NCBI GenBank assembly: GCA_000002445.1
Contig: CM000207.1
Span: 1,248,001 to 1,312,000, forward strand
DNA: 64,000 nucleotides
Reading direction: 5' to 3'
Source of the DNA: Trypanosoma brucei
Lineage: Eukaryota
The notes beneath the pieces are model-generated. The model was not told the DNA's origin. It saw nothing but the letters and a program-made list of their open reading frames with translations, and searched no databases. Position 1 is the first letter of the stretch; each line of letters starts with the position of its first letter. Shown piece after piece: positions 53,344 to 64,000 of the stretch. Made by a program: the position numbers and the translations under genes.

Positions 53344-54789
53344 TCAAACGGAATTCCTGCGCCTTGACTTCTTCGCATTCCCACCACCCTCACCCGCGGG
53401 CACAATGCCTTCCCCTCTTTCTGCGACTAAGAATTGAAGCGCACAGCACGCACGGGTACATTGCTTCGGAAGCAATGCAGGAGGGTTCTCTTCACCGAAA
53501 TTACGCGACAAAGAGTGAAACACACCATGAGGTATACATTGCCGCACATGTTGGGAACCATTTGCTTCCTCAGCCGCCTCCATGTAACTCACCTGTTGAG
53601 TGTCGCCGCATCCCAGTAAACCACTGTCACCCACTACATTTCCGCAACTGGAACCTGTATCTGCCACAACACCAGTCGATCCACTGTTCTGAAGGGGACC
53701 GGAGCGTGGGTACTTCTCATTTGTGCCTTGGTGCGGCATCAGGGCAGTATCTACAGACGCACGGAGTGAAAGGGAACGCACATCCGCAGCGAGGCGCCTC
53801 TCGATTTGAATTGCATACGCGGCACCATAAGATCCGAAGCCAGCAGTGAAGACAGGGCGTGCCGGCTCAACATTTTCCACATTCACATACGTGGCCCTGC
53901 CCTCGGCGGAGGGTGACGTGTGCAGTGGGAGTGCCACATTCAACTCTGTTGTCTTTGTTGGGTTTGTAGATTCCTCCACCGAAGGTAGACCATCGCGAGC
54001 AACAGAGGGGAACTTGAGGCGAATACCAGTGTGCAGTCGTTTCGGCCTTCCCGATACATCGCACCACGAACCGTTCCACAACCACGAGGGAATTACCTTT
54101 GGAACAACAACAGGCCCACTGTAGTCCGCAATAAATGCAACCTCGTCTTGTACGTTCCACGCAAATCTTTGATACTCCATGTGACTGCAATTCACACTCC
54201 AGTGCTGCAGCTTTCTAAGTCCCATCACCACCAACCCCGTTGTGTGTCTACCATCAAGACAATGAATGTACAAGGGATGCTGTTCCGCATCCGCAAGCAT
54301 CTGTAAAACCTCGCTCATATCTGTGGGCATCAGTTGTGCCTCACCCTTATTCTGTTCTACTTGTATATGACGAATGGTGATGCCTTCAGCGGCGGCAAAC
54401 CTGGAGAGATCATAAGTAGGCTCCTCCGGAGTTAACGACACAATAGTGCGGAGCCCAAGACTGCGGAGAAACGGAAAATTCCGCAATGTGGGGTATGCAC
54501 CCCTGTAAACTCCTTCCTCCACGATGGCAAAGCGCAGTGGCGGTACAACATTCAGCAAAGCCGGGTCGAGTGTGCGAGAGACCATAATCTCACGCGATGA
54601 TTGTGACTCCTGTAATGGGGGCGAGTGAAGACTTTTCATTATAATTCCCGCAGACCCGCGAGCAAAACAGTACCGCGAGCACAAGCCCGAAGGGACAACA
54701 CGCAGCGTCCCTTTCGTCAATTTCAAAAAGCAAAAAAAAAGGAGGAGGGAAATAGAGAAAGAGAAGAAAAGGGAGGCAAACTGATACAT
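53344..54789 (-). CDS. Plant/fungal-type atypical dual-specificity phosphatase (PFA-DSP / Siw14-Oca family) homolog with a degenerate P-loop (HCLDGRHTTG)
   Basis: RFAIVEEGVYRGAYPTLRNFPFLRSLGLRTIVSLTPEEP and IHCLDGRHTTGLVVMGLRKLQHWSV...EYQRFA align to Tyr_phosphatase_2-family signatures, for example plant [29 protein letters not shown]. Cys is retained but the C-x5-R arginine is Thr. Confidence 0.7.
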   Translation of the reverse strand: MYQFASLFFSFSISLLLFFCFLKLTKGTLRVVPSGLCSRYCFARGSAGIIMKSLHSPPLQESQSSREIMVSRTLDPALLNVVPPLRFAIVEEGVYRGAYPTLRNFPFLRSLGLRTIVSLTPEEPTYDLSRFAAAEGITIRHIQVEQNKGEAQLMPTDMSEVLQMLADAEQHPLYIHCLDGRHTTGLVVMGLRKLQHWSVNCSHMEYQRFAWNVQDEVAFIADYSGPVVVPKVIPSWLWNGSWCDVSGRPKRLHTGIRLKFPSVARDGLPSVEESTNPTKTTELNVALPLHTSPSAEGRATYVNVENVEPARPVFTAGFGSYGAAYAIQIERRLAADVRSLSLRASVDTALMPHQGTNEKYPRSGPLQNSGSTGVVADTGSSCGNVVGDSGLLGCGDTQQVSYMEAAEEANGSQHVRQCIPHGVFHSLSRNFGEENPPALLPKQCTRACCALQFLVAERGEGIVPAGEGGGNAKKSRRRNSV

Positions 54790-55344
54790 GAAGGATTAAA
54801 AGGGGGAAAGCAGCAGTAAGGAATTCGGAACATATGTCCGTATCATCCGGTCGAGGAACTCGCCATCACCACCAACTCCCTCCATTTCACACCCTTCGCA
54901 GGTCCGTTAAGCCTTTAAATAATGTGCCAGAACCTACGCTGTCACATCTTTCCCTACGCGTGCATCACAGTTTGTGCCCGATTAACACGCCGCCCTCCAC
55001 TTTCCGCCCCCCCCCTCCTCTCCGACATGTTCGTCTCAGCCCCCTTTACTGGGTCCTCACACCACCTTCACCGACTCCATCCGTCAACATTTATTCTGTG
55101 AAAAAATAATAATAATAATAATACGGGCGACACCCGCCAAGGACACGAAGCATACAAGTGAAAACAAGAACTAAACAAGATGAAGAGTCGCAATGGGTGT
55201 TAAGGTTACAGCAGATTGAATACGTTACTCGTGCTGTTATAAGTGTATATATCTTTCTGCAGAGTTTGGGCTCATTCCCACCTGACGAGAACACCCGACG
55301 AAAAGTTGTTAATTACGAAAACCTTAGCAACCCCCTCCAAGTGG

Positions 55345-56661
55345 TTACAATGCTGCTGTAAGTTTGTCAAGGCCGAGCATTCGGGTTGGAAGGGCCCAAA
55401 AGACGTACGCGACTAAAGCACCACCAGTTGCCGCTCCATGTTCCTCTGGCTTCGTGGTGAAAATGCGCCACACGTCAATAACCATCACAAAAGCAGTGAG
55501 AACTAGGAAAGGAACGGGCGGCTGTTGAATAAAGTTAAGGTGTCTGAAAATGATGCCCTCAACACCCACAAGACCGAGAATAAACGGATTGGGGCCATAA
55601 CATCGACCACGTACCTCCAGAGGATCCATTCCATAATACAACTCAAAGTTTTGGCGTGCAACATGAATAAGACCACCACCAAGTGTACAAAGGGACGCAA
55701 AGAAAGTCATTCGAGCATTGCCGAGAAACCCTAGCATCGTTTTTCCAAACTCCCAGAGAAGCCAGCAGTCAATCAAAAGCTGCAGAAGATTCTCTTGGTA
55801 GAGGGCATTGGTGAAAAAAGGATATATTCTCCCCGCATTTTCATGTGACAGCGTGAAATGTTCGACTATAAAGTCTCGCAGATCATCACTCCCAGAAAAG
55901 TTCATCAGGAAGTACGTGATGACGTTGGCGAGGAAAAGCAGCATCACAACATTGATCGTGTGGAATGGAGGAGGGAATGGTAAGTAACCGGCGCCGGCGT
56001 TACCACCAAACGGATCCTCTTGCTTCTGCTCTTCATCGCCACCTTTATCCCCTTCGTTCCGCTGCTGAACCTGATGGGTCCCAACGAGTTGACCGGAAGG
56101 TTTTTTCGGATCTCGCAGTACAGCACTGCTACAAAAAGTTCGACACGAATCCTTGTAAGCACCCGCGCCCATACGTACGTTTTGATTCCCTTGCATGCGG
56201 TACATCATCAAAAATGTGGACCTCGCCGGTCCCACGAGTGAAACGCCGTTGTCGCGGAGGAATCGGGCTGGAGCACCTGTCACTCGAGGGCCCCTCAATG
56301 TTTTAATTAAATGCATCGGCGAGTACCGTAACATCACACCGCCTTCGTCCTCTGAGTGTGCCGGATCGAAGGAGACTCCACAAAGAGAGGGCCGTGTGTG
56401 GTTTGTTGTTTTTTTTTCTTGTTTTGTTTTCCTGAGGAGGGGCTCACGAAACGAAAAAGAAAAAAAACAGGGAAGGGAAGGGAAGGGAAGAAGGATGGGA
56501 AAAAAAAAATAGGGGATGTTAGTGTACCAATACAACAATAAAAGGGCGCAACGAAACAAAAAAAATGCCCCTGAGCACGTGCTAAGGAACTCGCTGCGAC
56601 GTGCTGAGAGATCAACAAACAAAGCACCACTCAGGGTGTCTGTGGCGCCAAACAAACGCAA
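55345..56661 (-). CDS. Rhomboid-like polytopic membrane protein lacking the catalytic Ser (pseudoprotease; possibly a TimRhom-type protein). The first ~110 codons of the ORF are probably upstream T-rich read-through.
   Basis: HGAATGGALVAYVFW resembles the rhomboid TM6 AHLGGALFG motif. The TM4 GxSG position reads LGGGLIH (Gly in place of Ser). The likely start is MLRYSPMHLIKTLRGPR. Confidence 0.5.
   Translation of the reverse strand: MRLFGATDTLSGALFVDLSARRSEFLSTCSGAFFLFRCALLLLYWYTNIPYFFFPILLPFPSLPCFFSFSFREPLLRKTKQEKKTTNHTRPSLCGVSFDPAHSEDEGGVMLRYSPMHLIKTLRGPRVTGAPARFLRDNGVSLVGPARSTFLMMYRMQGNQNVRMGAGAYKDSCRTFCSSAVLRDPKKPSGQLVGTHQVQQRNEGDKGGDEEQKQEDPFGGNAGAGYLPFPPPFHTINVVMLLFLANVITYFLMNFSGSDDLRDFIVEHFTLSHENAGRIYPFFTNALYQENLLQLLIDCWLLWEFGKTMLGFLGNARMTFFASLCTLGGGLIHVARQNFELYYGMDPLEVRGRCYGPNPFILGLVGVEGIIFRHLNFIQQPPVPFLVLTAFVMVIDVWRIFTTKPEEHGAATGGALVAYVFWALPTRMLGLDKLTAAL
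56471..56492. repeat. (GGAAG)4 pentanucleotide repeat
   Basis: Direct reading of the sequence. Confidence 0.9.
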
Positions 56662-56900
56662 ATGCCAAACACATTAGTAGTCAAGTCGTGAAATGATTCG
56701 CCACTTTTCAATTTATTCTCTGGCCTTCGCATGTCGCGGCACTACCCGTACCAGAATATTCTCAACTTCACGTTGGTCATCTTCCTCCCCAAAACCGTAC
56801 ACGCAAACACACATACATTCAATCACAGTTAAGTGGTGCAACAGGATCAGACACCTCATTACACGTATCCAAAACAACCATGAAGGTCCACAAGGTTCAC

Positions 56901-57557
56901 TCAACACTTCTCTCCCTCCTTATTATCTGTTCTCTCGTCCTTTTGCGCATGTTTCTGCTGCTCTGCATTCTTCATTGCGCTACGTTTCAACTCCAAAAGT
57001 CGCAACTCTAATGCATCTCTGTGAAGGACATCACGCAACCGCATTCGCCGCAGTTTCATGAAATTCATTTTGCTTCGGATCACTGGACTCGGCACCGCCT
57101 TAACGCGCCCGAACGATGGGGGAAGTTGCGAGGCCAAATCTGTAAAACTGATATGTTCTGGTACCCCTATGAGTGCCTTCGCCTCGTCAAGGTCGAGTAC
57201 ATCAACCTTCACTATATGCCGCACTCGCCATATTCGCTTTCGCACTTGCGGAATGTCCGGCACGATGGTTGTTTGTCCCTTGAACTCAAGTCGCAGCTCC
57301 CGCAGCATTCGATTAACTTCCCATGAATGTTTGAATGGATGATCATCGCAATGCACAATGAAAATGTTCCCTACACGGCGATACGGCCCCGGTGCAATTG
57401 CTGCAGCATCATGTAAGTTCATTTCCTCATTAGATGCTGCTGATGTAACACCACTTCCGGAAGGAGTCGAAGCATATGTCAACATTTTCAGCCCCATGGC
57501 GTGGTGTAAATGTTGTTGTTGAGCACTAAAAGTGGGCACCCACATGCGCCGCATCAT
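56901..57557 (-). CDS. Hypothetical basic protein, 218 aa (possibly a mitochondrial ribosomal protein; L30-like fold guess)
   Basis: Clean ORF with an Arg-rich N-terminus (MTS-like) and a conserved-looking core IFIVHCDDHPF...TTIVPDIPQVRKRIWRVRHIVKV. Confidence 0.45.
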   Translation of the reverse strand: MMRRMWVPTFSAQQQHLHHAMGLKMLTYASTPSGSGVTSAASNEEMNLHDAAAIAPGPYRRVGNIFIVHCDDHPFKHSWEVNRMLRELRLEFKGQTTIVPDIPQVRKRIWRVRHIVKVDVLDLDEAKALIGVPEHISFTDLASQLPPSFGRVKAVPSPVIRSKMNFMKLRRMRLRDVLHRDALELRLLELKRSAMKNAEQQKHAQKDERTDNKEGEKC

Positions 57558-57681
57558 TTAACGCTACTGACTTGCACCACAATCTTCATGGAGGGCGCAC
57601 GGGCAAGGAATATATATACATAAAGGAGGATAAAAAGGGAATCAGAAAAGAGAATGAATGAAAGATTTCTGCTTTACAAAG

Positions 57682-57716
57682 ATATATATATATATATATA
57701 TACATATATACATATA
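57682..57716. repeat. (TA)n microsatellite, imperfect
   Basis: Direct reading of the sequence. Confidence 0.9.
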
Positions 57717-58517
57717 CAAACATTTGTTCGAATGGATAAACGAAAGAGAGGGGGAAACGAAAGTAACCGAAAAACAAAAAAGAGGGAAGAATAGCAACGA
57801 TAACTATCTTCCCGAGAGCGCGTACAAAAAAAAAAGGTAACTCTTGGCCCACAGCAATAAAGGAGTGAAATGGAAAGTATCCCAAACTTGAAAAGGGGGA
57901 GAAGTGGAGGTTAAGCAGCTCAAAAAGAAAAAAAAACATGAAGTACACACATGTGCCCACTTTTCATGTTTTCCCCATCTCAGCCAACCGCCAGATAGAG
58001 GTTCCAACTCTCACTTTTGTTCTCCCTTTTTCTTTTTTAAAAAACTTTTGTCTCTTGAACTGTTTTTTGTCCTTATTTTTTTTTCTTTTGTCTTGTCGTT
58101 ACATCTCACTAACGCATCTGACCTTTCGCCCTCCTGACGCCTTCACAACTCCATACTTTATTTCCAATATGTTTGATTTAACGCCATGGCAAACATCTGC
58201 TGTCAAAAGAAATACAGATGTGCGGTGGTATAAAGAGATAAGGAAATACGTCGATCAGACGACAGAAAAACGAAAAATAGAAAAAGCTTCCTGCGGCTTT
58301 GTGGTACCCCACAATCAAATATAAACATATAACTGTATCTCGGTTAGTAAGATTCCCGCATGGAGTTCACCGAATTATCAAAAGGGTAAAAAAAAAAACA
58401 TGCTGCTCCACCATGCATAGTAGTACGCCTGATTCTGCCTTTTCCTTGTTGTTGTTGTTGCCGCTTTTGTTTCATTACTTTTGATTTGGCATCGCTGCCT
58501 TCCCACCGATGTATAAC

Positions 58518-58539
58518 ATATATATATATATATATATAT
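58518..58539. repeat. (TA)11 microsatellite
   Basis: Direct reading of the sequence. Confidence 0.95.
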
Positions 58540-59685
58540 TCGTTGTTTTGTTCAATATTTGACGGCGTTATCAACCTAGAAAAAAAAATTCCTTCCACTT
58601 CCCTCCTTGTATTATAATGACACCATGTGAGGCGGCATGAAAATAAGAGGTATTGTTTCATCAAAATTAACACATCAAAAAAGGAAGGGGTATCATTCAG
58701 AGGAAATATAGAGAACAGAACTGCAACTAAACTAAAATTAATTGCGAAGGCAAAAATATATAACCAAACAAATACATATATCATCTGACTCATTTGTTTT
58801 CTCCCCTTTCCCCCCTCTTCCATCTCCTTTTCCACTGCGTTCACGAAGAGAACGCGATATGGAATTTTTTTTTTAAAAATGGTTGAAACCAAAACATAAA
58901 GCCAGGTAAAGTGACTTACGTCCCTCACAAATGGTTTTTCTCCCCCTTTTTTTTTCATTTCAAGTAAAACAACAAATTCAGTTCCGTTGTGGAACAGAAA
59001 GGTATAATAAACAAACAGGGGATGTAAAGCACACATCATAATAATCATAATAATTTTTTTAAAAAAAAGTGGTAGGACATATATGCTGACAATGAAGAAT
59101 GGTAACGAGAACGTTACCATTGCTAAATCTGCGAATGTTATGGGCAACAACCGGAAGGATAAACAAAAAAAAAAAGCAGTAATAGAAACCGGACAAAAAC
59201 TAAAGCAAATGAAAAAAAAGGTATATGGGATGCCAAACATGGATAAATTACACACGTTTCAGGTGCTTGAGAGCGAACAAAAAGAAAAACAGAGAAACCA
59301 AAAACTACAATAACAAACAATGTAGAATCACACGGATGCAGCCGACAACAACAATAATAATAATAAACTAAATTCAGAAACCACAGTCGGTGGCCGTATC
59401 TTTTGTTCTTCTCAGAACAGAAATTAATCCCGTGAGGTTTCCGTCGCAGCCGCCGCGGGAAAAGTGCGCCAAATCCTCTTCCTTCGCACGGTGACACGAA
59501 CGAATCCACCTCTAGTGCTGAATGGGGTTCCACTTGAGTAATACATTCCTTACATTCACTTCCAAAAAGGTGTGGAGTCACGCCTCTGCGCTCCCTGTTG
59601 CCATTTCTTTTTTCGTTCTTTTTTTTCCCCCCCTCCTCCCCAACACGCAAACCCAACTGGCCCACTTTACACCAACGACAAAAAA

Positions 59686-61362
59686 TCATCTCTTCCGAGC
59701 CCCGTTCGCTGAATTTGTCCTTGAAAGATCGTTCGATTCGTGGTCCCCTTCTCCATTGAGCAACATAAACAATTGCCTTACCGCGCTATTGGAGCGACTA
59801 CCACACAACGAAAGAAAATCTCCGGATACGCTTGTGGACATGCGCAGTACATCCAATCCATGCGTTTTGATGTCGTTTTCCTCAATATTTTTCTTGCGCC
59901 CACTTGATGTAGTGGAATTGCCGCAGTGTTGTAACATTTGACTAGTTTCATCGAACGCACTTGAGTGCAACGCCGTGCACGGGGGCATTCGAGGGTTAGC
60001 TGATGACACATCTTTCCTTTTCTCTTTCGCACTCGGTAATCTTTTTACATTTAAGGAGGGCGTTTGAGCCACGGGCGCTAGAAATGCTGCGTCCTCCTCC
60101 AACTGAGAGGAACCACTTTTTGTTTTTTTGCTACGCTGAAGGGAAGTGCGGCGTTTGTTAACGCTCGTCTGCACCTCCTCGACACTTCGGTCGTCAACGG
60201 ATGGTTGATCAGCGGGCGCATACTTCACCTTCTTTGAGGTTCGCGTACTGTTGGCGGTGGTGGTTCGCAATGCATTGGGCAGCTCCACTGCAGGAGTGGT
60301 GTTGGATGGTGCCACGGTGGTTTGAGGTCCGGGAGCCTCTTTTGATGCTTGACTTCCTACGCCCGTGAGATTAGGAAGGCATTGCCGAACCACTTCAGGG
60401 GATCCGCATCCACTTTCACTCCCAAAGCGGTAGCTATCAAAACCCCACCAAATACGTGTGGAATCTTTCTTCGGTGGTGTTTTGTCTGTTTTTTTGTCCT
60501 TCGTTGGGCTCTTTTTCACTACCGAATCACTCCTTGAGTATCCACTCACCGACAGGTCGTTCCGCTCTGTCACCACCGGGGCGTTCTTTCCCACAAACGC
60601 GGTGGGTTGATCGGGATTGCGGTGGATATTCGGCAACTCTGCCGCTACGTGTGCACAAGTGCCCAAATACCCCACACGCATGATATCAAGATTTCCACGG
60701 CTCTCCTCGTCTTCACTGCAATGACGCGTCGGATCCCGCATGCGAGAAATGTGCAGAGGTGACCCCGGTGTCTCATCGCGGGCATTATTTTCCCATAGGG
60801 TTGATGTCAATGTTGCGCCTGAATAGGGGGCATATGCTGCCGCTAATGAACTCGAGTCAACAGCTGCGTGACCCGTACGGACGCGCATATCTGTGCGACG
60901 AGATCCAACATCCCTACCGCCAGGAGTCGACTCCACTGAGAAGGGCGGCGTAACCCTTGTTTCCATGACATTCGGTCGTGGTGTGCGTGACAAATTCTGC
61001 TGCAAATGGTGTTGTATGACATTGGCTAGGGGTCTTGAAGCCAACAACGCTGGGGATGGTTGACTGTTCGTTCCCTTGTTGCTCGATGTGCGGGCTGTTC
61101 CACACTTCTGACTGCGTGGTCGCTGTTGCTCAAAAGGAGACATGTCGTATATGTGTCTCTGTTGCCTGATGTGCTGCGGTATTCTTCCACTACAACGCGC
61201 ACGGATTATGCAGCGGCTGATGCAACGTCTCAAAAACAAACAAAAAACAAATGTAACTCGAAAGAATGAATGTTCACGTTGACTTCTGCGTTTGAAGTGT
61301 TGAATGGGAAGCTTGGTGCGCTTCAGAACTCCCCGCCGCCCTCTGGAAACCCACGGCTTCAA
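59686..61362 (-). CDS. Hypothetical Ser/Thr/Arg-rich protein, 558 aa
   Basis: Long ORF, basic, low-complexity but not homopolymeric. Confidence 0.55.
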   Translation of the reverse strand: MKPWVSRGRRGVLKRTKLPIQHFKRRSQREHSFFRVTFVFCLFLRRCISRCIIRARCSGRIPQHIRQQRHIYDMSPFEQQRPRSQKCGTARTSSNKGTNSQPSPALLASRPLANVIQHHLQQNLSRTPRPNVMETRVTPPFSVESTPGGRDVGSRRTDMRVRTGHAAVDSSSLAAAYAPYSGATLTSTLWENNARDETPGSPLHISRMRDPTRHCSEDEESRGNLDIMRVGYLGTCAHVAAELPNIHRNPDQPTAFVGKNAPVVTERNDLSVSGYSRSDSVVKKSPTKDKKTDKTPPKKDSTRIWWGFDSYRFGSESGCGSPEVVRQCLPNLTGVGSQASKEAPGPQTTVAPSNTTPAVELPNALRTTTANSTRTSKKVKYAPADQPSVDDRSVEEVQTSVNKRRTSLQRSKKTKSGSSQLEEDAAFLAPVAQTPSLNVKRLPSAKEKRKDVSSANPRMPPCTALHSSAFDETSQMLQHCGNSTTSSGRKKNIEENDIKTHGLDVLRMSTSVSGDFLSLCGSRSNSAVRQLFMLLNGEGDHESNDLSRTNSANGARKR

Positions 61363-63401
61363 TGATTAGTGCCTTCTGGTTGCCGAGATTTACACCTTTG
61401 GATAGGCAAAAGCGAAAATGGAAAAGAAGATTGCTGTTACCAAACCAGTCAATAGTTATGACAGATAACACATAAAGCGTTGAGACGACTGTTCAGCATC
61501 ACCCAACAGCAAATATTGAATAGATTTAGGAGAGCGCAGAGACAGACACAACAACTATAACCAAAAAAGAAAAAGTGACAGAGGAGGGGGAAAGGAAGGG
61601 AAGAGGTGAGGGGAAGGGAGGGGAGAAGAGGCAAAGTCATCTGCTTTACTTATAGTCGACTCTCACATTTCCATCTTCGCTTCCTTTTTTTTCTCCAACT
61701 CCCCTTCCCTCCCTCCCCCGCCCACAAATATATCTATATATATACCAACGAAACAACAACAACAACAACAAACAAATAATGTCGAAATTCCAAGCACACT
61801 TGTGCTTTTCAGCACAATCAAACTGCAGCGGCCTCTGATTTCCTTCCTCATTCTCTTACCTTCCTTCATACCGCAAGTATAAACATACATAAATAACGGA
61901 ATAAACACGGTGACGGTAGAGATAATATTTCACTTTCAGGGGCTCTGGTAACAAACAAACAAAAAGAAAGAGAGAGAGAATGGGGATTCAGAACACGAGG
62001 GTATGAATAAAATAGCGACAATGACGGCGACGACATAACAGGCTCGTGCAGACAAAAGTAAACTGATCATAGTTTAAAAACAAAAAGAAAAATGCGCCAC
62101 ACTAACGAGCTCGAAGTGGGCCAAGGGGAAAATGTGAAGTAGTTTCATCTAAATCATGAAGAAAAAAAAAACATTCGCGTATTTACACGTGAGTGTAAAC
62201 ATATTCATACAGTCCTGCACGTGCATGCACTATATATGAGTATAAAAGGTGTACATTGGTTGCGGTATGTGAGCTGCATATAATTCATCAACTTTTCCCT
62301 TCTCTTCACAGTTACACTCGATGCGAATTTCATCCCTTCTTTCCACCTCACTTCCGTTGTTCGTTCCCCCACTTTCTTTATTTTCTCCTCCTCCTTTTCA
62401 TCTTTCCTTTTTTTTCCTTTTTGTTCTGCTTTGAGTCCGTTTTCCTCCCTCTTCCTTTCCATACTTCTTTTTGATTCTTCCCTTCAGTGGACCATGTGGA
62501 TACGGCAGAAAATGGAACAGGTAATGGAAAAAAAAAGGCAAAGACAAAGGCAGAAGCAAGGGAATACAAATAACAACGCTGCCACCAACAGGGCAGCGTG
62601 AACGAGTTCAGTAATGCAGTAAACAGACAAAAGGAGTAACAACGATGGAAACAAAAATGTTCGAGATTGCCCACTACCACACAATGACAATAATAATCTA
62701 ACAATGGAATGCGTGAGTTTGGATACACACCTTCCATTGGGTTACACGAGAGTTACATTTTAAGGGCTAAACATTTGGCATTTCCTCTCTTCCCACCGGG
62801 TCTGCACCACTTATGCCTCTGTGTGACGGTAAAATATTACCCACTCCTCCCCTACATCTCCGCTGTCGTGGTCACCACTCCTGACGGTGCAGAGTTCTGC
62901 AACATCTTTATCTTCGTTTTATCTGCTCCTTTCTCGATACTTTTCCTTTTCCTGATCTTTTTTCGTTTTAATTCACTCTCTCCTTTTCCTTCTCTTGTAG
63001 CTTTGAGGGGGTGTTTCATTTGTAATTTCTTTTCTTTTTCTACAAGCACGCGTAAAAAGTCCCCTAAGCGCATCACATTTAAAACTTCTTCACCCTAACA
63101 CCCTCCTTTTCTCTTGACTACTCTTAAGGAAAACACTTCCCTGATCACCTGAAGAAGCAAAAAAAAAAACCTAACTCTAAAACGGATGTGAAGACCGTAC
63201 ATGAACAGCTGCGCAGCTGCACTTACTGGATGTTTCACACATCACAAATATGATATTTTTTCTTACTCACAGCAAACATGAATATATATATATATATATT
63301 AAAACGCCAGAACATCCTTCTGTTCATTCCGTCCTTTGTTTTCCCCCATCCAATGACTCCACATCATCTCACCGCGTCCACACTTGACTCATTAACGCAC
63401 A

Positions 63402-63992
63402 CTACTCGGGTTTCCCCGCTTTCCAGGCGCGGAGGCGTCGTTTGCTATCTCCAGGAGACGACAAATAACTGGAAATGGATTGCACCAATGACTCTGCACC
63501 AACAACTTCCTCACCACCTCCCCGACCACCAACTGTTGTGATTTGCATAGCATTGCCCCTACCCACCTGTTTTGCCGTGTCTCCGGAGGATTGCCGCTGC
63601 GCGGCACTGCCATCCTCGTATGACTCCTCCAAACACTCCTCTCCATTAGAATCCTTATCACTGTCAACCACCTGCTCCGTCACGACACGATGTGTGGTAA
63701 CCGTACGCACCGTCACCACGTCACCCTGATCTGTTTTCTGCATAGTGGTGTCGGTATGTGTATTCCGCGAGTTGCCAACGACGCGCGAGTCATGGATCAC
63801 TACTGTACTGGGGACCGATGTGTGGCTGAACCGACGCCGCAGTACTTCAGGGGACGCATCAGCGTTCGGACTACTTCGTGAAACGGGGATGCTCGGGCCC
63901 CTATCCGGTGTCGTTTCCCCTGTGCTGCCGTCGCCACCAGCCAGCACGGCCCCATCTGGCAGGTCATTCACAAAATCATTTAGGAACGCCAT
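63402..63992 (-). CDS. Hypothetical protein (may be the C-terminal part of a larger ORF continuing past the window edge)
   Basis: 196 aa ORF reaching to within 8 nt of the window end. Thr/Ser/Val-rich. Confidence 0.35.
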   Translation of the reverse strand: MAFLNDFVNDLPDGAVLAGGDGSTGETTPDRGPSIPVSRSSPNADASPEVLRRRFSHTSVPSTVVIHDSRVVGNSRNTHTDTTMQKTDQGDVVTVRTVTTHRVVTEQVVDSDKDSNGEECLEESYEDGSAAQRQSSGDTAKQVGRGNAMQITTVGGRGGGEEVVGAESLVQSISSYLSSPGDSKRRLRAWKAGKPE

Positions 63993-64000
63993 ATCTTCGT

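Noticed and set aside
58344-59255. 303-aa minus-strand ORF
   Set aside because: It is the translation of a T-rich intergenic tract (FFFICFSF..., KKK...). This is a composition artefact between two real genes.
1-64000. CRISPR arrays or prokaryotic defence or mobile systems
   Set aside because: The sequence is clearly eukaryotic (kinetoplastid-type polycistron with eukaryotic housekeeping genes). The direct repeats present are kilobase-scale gene arrays and microsatellites, not CRISPR-type repeat-spacer structures.

Overview
This window looks like nuclear DNA from a kinetoplastid. It has intronless, densely packed genes, every credible long ORF is on the minus strand (one right-to-left polycistronic unit), T-rich tracts precede the genes, and (TA)n/(AAT)n microsatellites sit in the intergenic regions. 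It is most consistent with an African-trypanosome-like genome, but the species call is an inference. The window splits into two parts.

Positions 1 to about 24,500 are a head-to-tail tandem array of a unit of about 5.75 kb: four complete units plus a terminal partial unit, and the array runs off the left edge. Each unit carries a pair of paralogous, signal-peptide-bearing, cysteine-framework, N-glycosylation-sequon-rich coiled-coil proteins. I call them gene A and gene B. Gene A is about 310 aa and ends in a hydrophobic GPI-type tail. Gene B is about 280 to 290 aa and has no membrane anchor. Each unit also carries a copy of a small twin-Cx9C (CHCH-domain, CHCHD2/Mix17-like) gene that is truncated at its 5' end. 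The A/B pairs are identical in units 2 and 3 but strongly diverged in the central coiled-coil region (the presumed ectodomain) in units 1 and 4, while the signal peptides, C-terminal Cys modules and the long intergenic spacers stay almost identical. The array ends inside the CHCH gene. Only the terminal copy (24057..24503) keeps an Arg/Ala/Pro-rich N-terminus that looks like a mitochondrial targeting sequence.

Positions 24,500 to 64,000 are a single-copy housekeeping cluster, all on the minus strand: a UBC13-like E2, a cyclin-fold protein, two large orphan genes, a WASH-like protein with a VCA tail (a WASP-family activator of the Arp2/3 complex), ribosomal protein L10 (QM), two identical tandem NAC-alpha genes (nascent-polypeptide-associated complex alpha subunit), a DnaJ-domain multipass membrane protein, a leucine-rich-repeat-like orphan, Pescadillo, peptide deformylase, an orphan with SNRSNSGDRK repeats, a plant/fungal-type atypical dual-specificity phosphatase (PFA-DSP/Siw14 family) with a degenerate P-loop, a rhomboid-like protein lacking the catalytic Ser, and further orphans.

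I could not recognise any tRNA, rRNA, SL RNA or retroposon by eye. The most interesting feature is the variable paired-surface-protein array.
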